Below are positions 35,226 to 38,433 of a stretch of DNA of 38,433 nucleotides, piece after piece (the stretch's first letter is position 1; each line of letters begins with the position of its first letter). Under the pieces are notes generated by a model, which did not search any database, was not told the origin of the DNA, and was given only the letters and a program-made list of their open reading frames with translations. This stretch comes from Octopus bimaculoides (taxonomy: Eukaryota): contig NC_068983.1 of NCBI RefSeq assembly GCF_001194135.2, forward strand, positions 155,789,385 to 155,827,817, written 5' to 3'. A program made the position numbers and the translations under genes.

Positions 35226-35330
35226 CCCTTTTCTTCGTTTATCGAACTCGTTATCACAAAATCAAAATTGATGATTTTGATTTTATCTTGAATCCGATAA
35301 ACGAACGAAAGCGCTAATGATGAACGGTGC
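35209..35330. repeat. 122-bp hairpin capping the inverted array
   Basis: gcacc/ggtgc, ttag/ctaa and ttcgtttatcg/cgataaacgaa pair in one register; aaaatcaaaat/attttgatttt pair around a 5-nt loop. Confidence 0.85.
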
Positions 35331-36604
35331 AAAATTTTTACTGCCTCCTTTTTCTCAGTAGACAATATCTGTACAGCACTTCAAACACTCTATACATACG
35401 CGAGACCCCGGGTTTACGAGTTACATTATATAATGAATATTAAAGGTTAAACAACCAATTTGAGTGTGTGGCAACGTCAGAATATGTGGCAACACTGGTT
35501 CTGACGCGTCTACACTGCGACAGAGTAAAGCTTCATCTTACAATGCGAAATTATTGCTCTGCTTTACGAATTATACTTCTATGAGCTGTCTTCGGAAGCA
35601 AATTAACTCGTATATCGAGGCATTACTGTGTATATATATTGACATATATGAATATGTATGTGTGTATATAAGGAAGAGAATGTGAGGAAAGAAAATAAGG
35701 TAAAAGAAAGAAAAGGAATAATAAGAAAAAGAATAATAAAAGCAATCGTATGTTTTTAGTAAAACACATTTTTCACTCCACGATGATGTTTTTATCCACA
35801 TTTTGTCAATGTGACAAATCAATTATATTTCTCTGCCTAAAAATATACTTGTTAAGTTAATACGCGTTGCCTACGCTTGGACTTTCATGCAAAAAAAGGT
35901 CGCTGAATCCTTCTCTATTTGCGTGTGTACAACAAATAGCTGAGAGCTACCGTCCTCAGTATAAGAGACAGAGTAACCAATCTCTGCTGAATCTAGTAAG
36001 AGCTACCTCTTTTTGTTAATTCAAGAGATTATGCTCATTATAAGTGTAAACTATATACATCGGGCAATAACATTCGAGTTTTCAATAAATTCCAATTATA
36101 ATACATATTTAATGAATAGAAAATATTTTAATGAATGTAACATGGCGCGGTTGTGCTATTTCTTTTATGCTAGTTTGTATGTATCGTTATATATAATACA
36201 CTGGAATTTGAAATTATACGTTCGCATTAAGTTCTTTGTTAAATATATTCTCCTAGTATCTAGGAGATCTGTATCCATGTCACAAATAGTGAATAACACC
36301 TGCAGTAATTAATTCTTAGTTATTACGGGTTTCATTACAAATTTGCTTACTTAATAGAACTACGAAGGACGTGGCGTATAGCAACAAGTCTCGACTCAGA
36401 TATTAATTCCATAATTGCACCTGCTAATTTTGGCTGAATATTAACTTTACAAGTGTATTTTTAGCCAGATAAATATAATTCATTTGTTACATTGACAAAT
36501 TCGCTACATTTTTGTTGGAAACAAGAGCCCCTTCTTTATGATATATAGATATAGTGAATATGTAAATCTACAGTGCTATATTTAAGAAATGAAGAATTAC
36601 GTAC

Positions 36605-36790
36605 ATTATTTACATTCTTTACAATTGACGGATATTTGTCCTCATCTTGTTTGTTCATAACACAACGTTTCGGCTGATATACCCTCCAGCCTTCATCAGG
36701 TGTTTTGGGTTCTCATTCCTAAGGTATTTTTCGATGTTGATGTTATTATTATTATTATTATTATTATTATGATTATTATTATTATTTTAT
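36605..36790 (-). mobile_element. Second copy of the (AAT)n + hammerhead + tail module
   Basis: Near-identical to 22400-22560 except for a ~17-bp deletion 5' of stem I; tail ccgtcaattgtaaagaatgtaaataatgtac. Confidence 0.85.
36659..36704 (-). ncRNA. Minimal type-I hammerhead ribozyme (PLE type)
   Basis: aacac-CTGATGA-a-GGCTG-gagggtatat-CAGCC-GAAA-C-GTT-gtgtt; both stems fully Watson-Crick. Confidence 0.8.
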
Positions 36791-36950
36791 GTTTGACTTT
36801 TGCTTTGCATTTGTACAAGTTGGATCCAAGTCTCACCCAGAGACCACAAGACACAACAAGTTAGAAATTCATGTAGGTGTTATGCCTAGGGTACCATATA
36901 TTTGGATTTGTATAGTGTTGTTCTAGAGAATGCTTTAAAATTTGAGATCA
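36790..36950 (-). mobile_element. Probable 3' UTR of a non-LTR retrotransposon ending in (AAT)n
   Basis: Unique sequence ..ggtctctgggtgagacttggatcc..gtcaaacataa running into (aat)n; upstream part lost in the gap. Family assignment (possibly R4/Dong-like) is recollection-level inference. Confidence 0.35.
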
Positions 36951-38249
36951 NNNNNNNNNNNNNNNNNNNNNNNNNNNNNNNNNNNNNNNNNNNNNNNNNN
37001 NNNNNNNNNNNNNNNNNNNNNNNNNNNNNNNNNNNNNNNNNNNNNNNNNNNNNNNNNNNNNNNNNNNNNNNNNNNNNNNNNNNNNNNNNNNNNNNNNNNN
37101 NNNNNNNNNNNNNNNNNNNNNNNNNNNNNNNNNNNNNNNNNNNNNNNNNNNNNNNNNNNNNNNNNNNNNNNNNNNNNNNNNNNNNNNNNNNNNNNNNNNN
37201 NNNNNNNNNNNNNNNNNNNNNNNNNNNNNNNNNNNNNNNNNNNNNNNNNNNNNNNNNNNNNNNNNNNNNNNNNNNNNNNNNNNNNNNNNNNNNNNNNNNN
37301 NNNNNNNNNNNNNNNNNNNNNNNNNNNNNNNNNNNNNNNNNNNNNNNNNNNNNNNNNNNNNNNNNNNNNNNNNNNNNNNNNNNNNNNNNNNNNNNNNNNN
37401 NNNNNNNNNNNNNNNNNNNNNNNNNNNNNNNNNNNNNNNNNNNNNNNNNNNNNNNNNNNNNNNNNNNNNNNNNNNNNNNNNNNNNNNNNNNNNNNNNNNN
37501 NNNNNNNNNNNNNNNNNNNNNNNNNNNNNNNNNNNNNNNNNNNNNNNNNNNNNNNNNNNNNNNNNNNNNNNNNNNNNGCTGACACGTGACGAAAGGGGAT
37601 CTATGTTTCAGTCTATTTCCTTCCTAAAGAAAAGACGTGCCTCACCTGTCTCCTTCATGGCTCGTCTACCTAGCGTTCATAATAATTTTTCTATCGTCTT
37701 GGCTCAACAGCCCACACCGTTTGTTTTCACTGCCTTGTTCTAACTGTCCTGTTCTTGTTAACACTTTCACCATCCGCAAAAAATCCCAAATTTTATTCAA
37801 TTTGTTTTGCGGGAAGGACTGTTTCAACGAAGCCGCGTATTGTCCTTACCTTCGAAACGCGGAGTAGATGGAACAGGGACAACTGACGAAGGGATATACT
37901 CTTTATGTTGCATGTCTCGTTTTTCGGTTTGTTTTTTTCGTTGTTCGAAAAAAGTTCGTTTTCTATGTTTTTGTTCTTATATTTTCGTTTCTCATTGTGT
38001 TTAACGATTTTTTGATGTCCTGTACCCATATNNNNNNNNNNTATGGGCAGTTCCCATGAGCACAATCTTTTGAACTTCAGCCATTTTGGGGGTTTCCTGG
38101 TATCTGAGCTAAATTTTCCATCAGTGACCGCGCCACAACACTAACATATAATTAAGGGACAATTAACACATGCCTCTTCGTTATACATCATAATTTTTCA
38201 AATTCACCGCGCAAGCGCAGTATCAGTCTGCAGTACATGAATGACAGCC

Positions 38250-38415
38250 GAACGACGGGCTTCTTTCTATTTCTGTCTACCAAATCCACACACACGTATT
38301 TGGATGTCCCGAGGCTATAGTAGAAGATATTTGCCCAAGGTGCCACATATTGAGACTTAACCAGGAACCATGTGGTTGGGGAGCAAGTTTCGTACCACAC
38401 AGCCATGCCAGTGCG
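38250..38415 (-). mobile_element. tRNA-derived CORE-like SINE
   Basis: A box tggctgtgtgg (38405-38395), core gtggcaccttgggcaaatatcttctactatagcctcggg (cf. MIR core gtgaccttgggcaagt), tail ggatttggtagacagaaatagaaagaagcccgtcg. Confidence 0.8.
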
Positions 38416-38433
38416 AATATATATATATATATA

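Overview
Gap-rich (about 6.7 kb of N), AT- and microsatellite-rich eukaryotic scaffold, probably intronic or intergenic. The SINE families and simple-repeat density look cephalopod (Octopus-like); that assignment is inference from memory. No host gene is supportable, and most ORF-track entries are microsatellite or N artefacts. The window holds many decayed mobile elements: tRNA-derived SINEs (one dimeric), two L1/Tx1-type LINE fragments, an RTE fragment, a CR1/L2-like fragment, a Penelope-like (PLE) GIY-YIG 3' end, four Tc1/mariner fragments, a TTAA MITE and a complete non-autonomous Helitron inserted into an inverted array of a ~414-bp unit. The most notable signal is a set of minimal, loop-less-helix-III (PLE-type) hammerhead ribozyme motifs at 3095, 22444 and 36659, with degenerate relics at 16723 and 23850. 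One of them forms the 3' part of a tRNA-headed, (AAT)n-containing SINE with a fold-back 5' end. This is a candidate ribozyme-bearing SINE that may be mobilised by Penelope-like elements.
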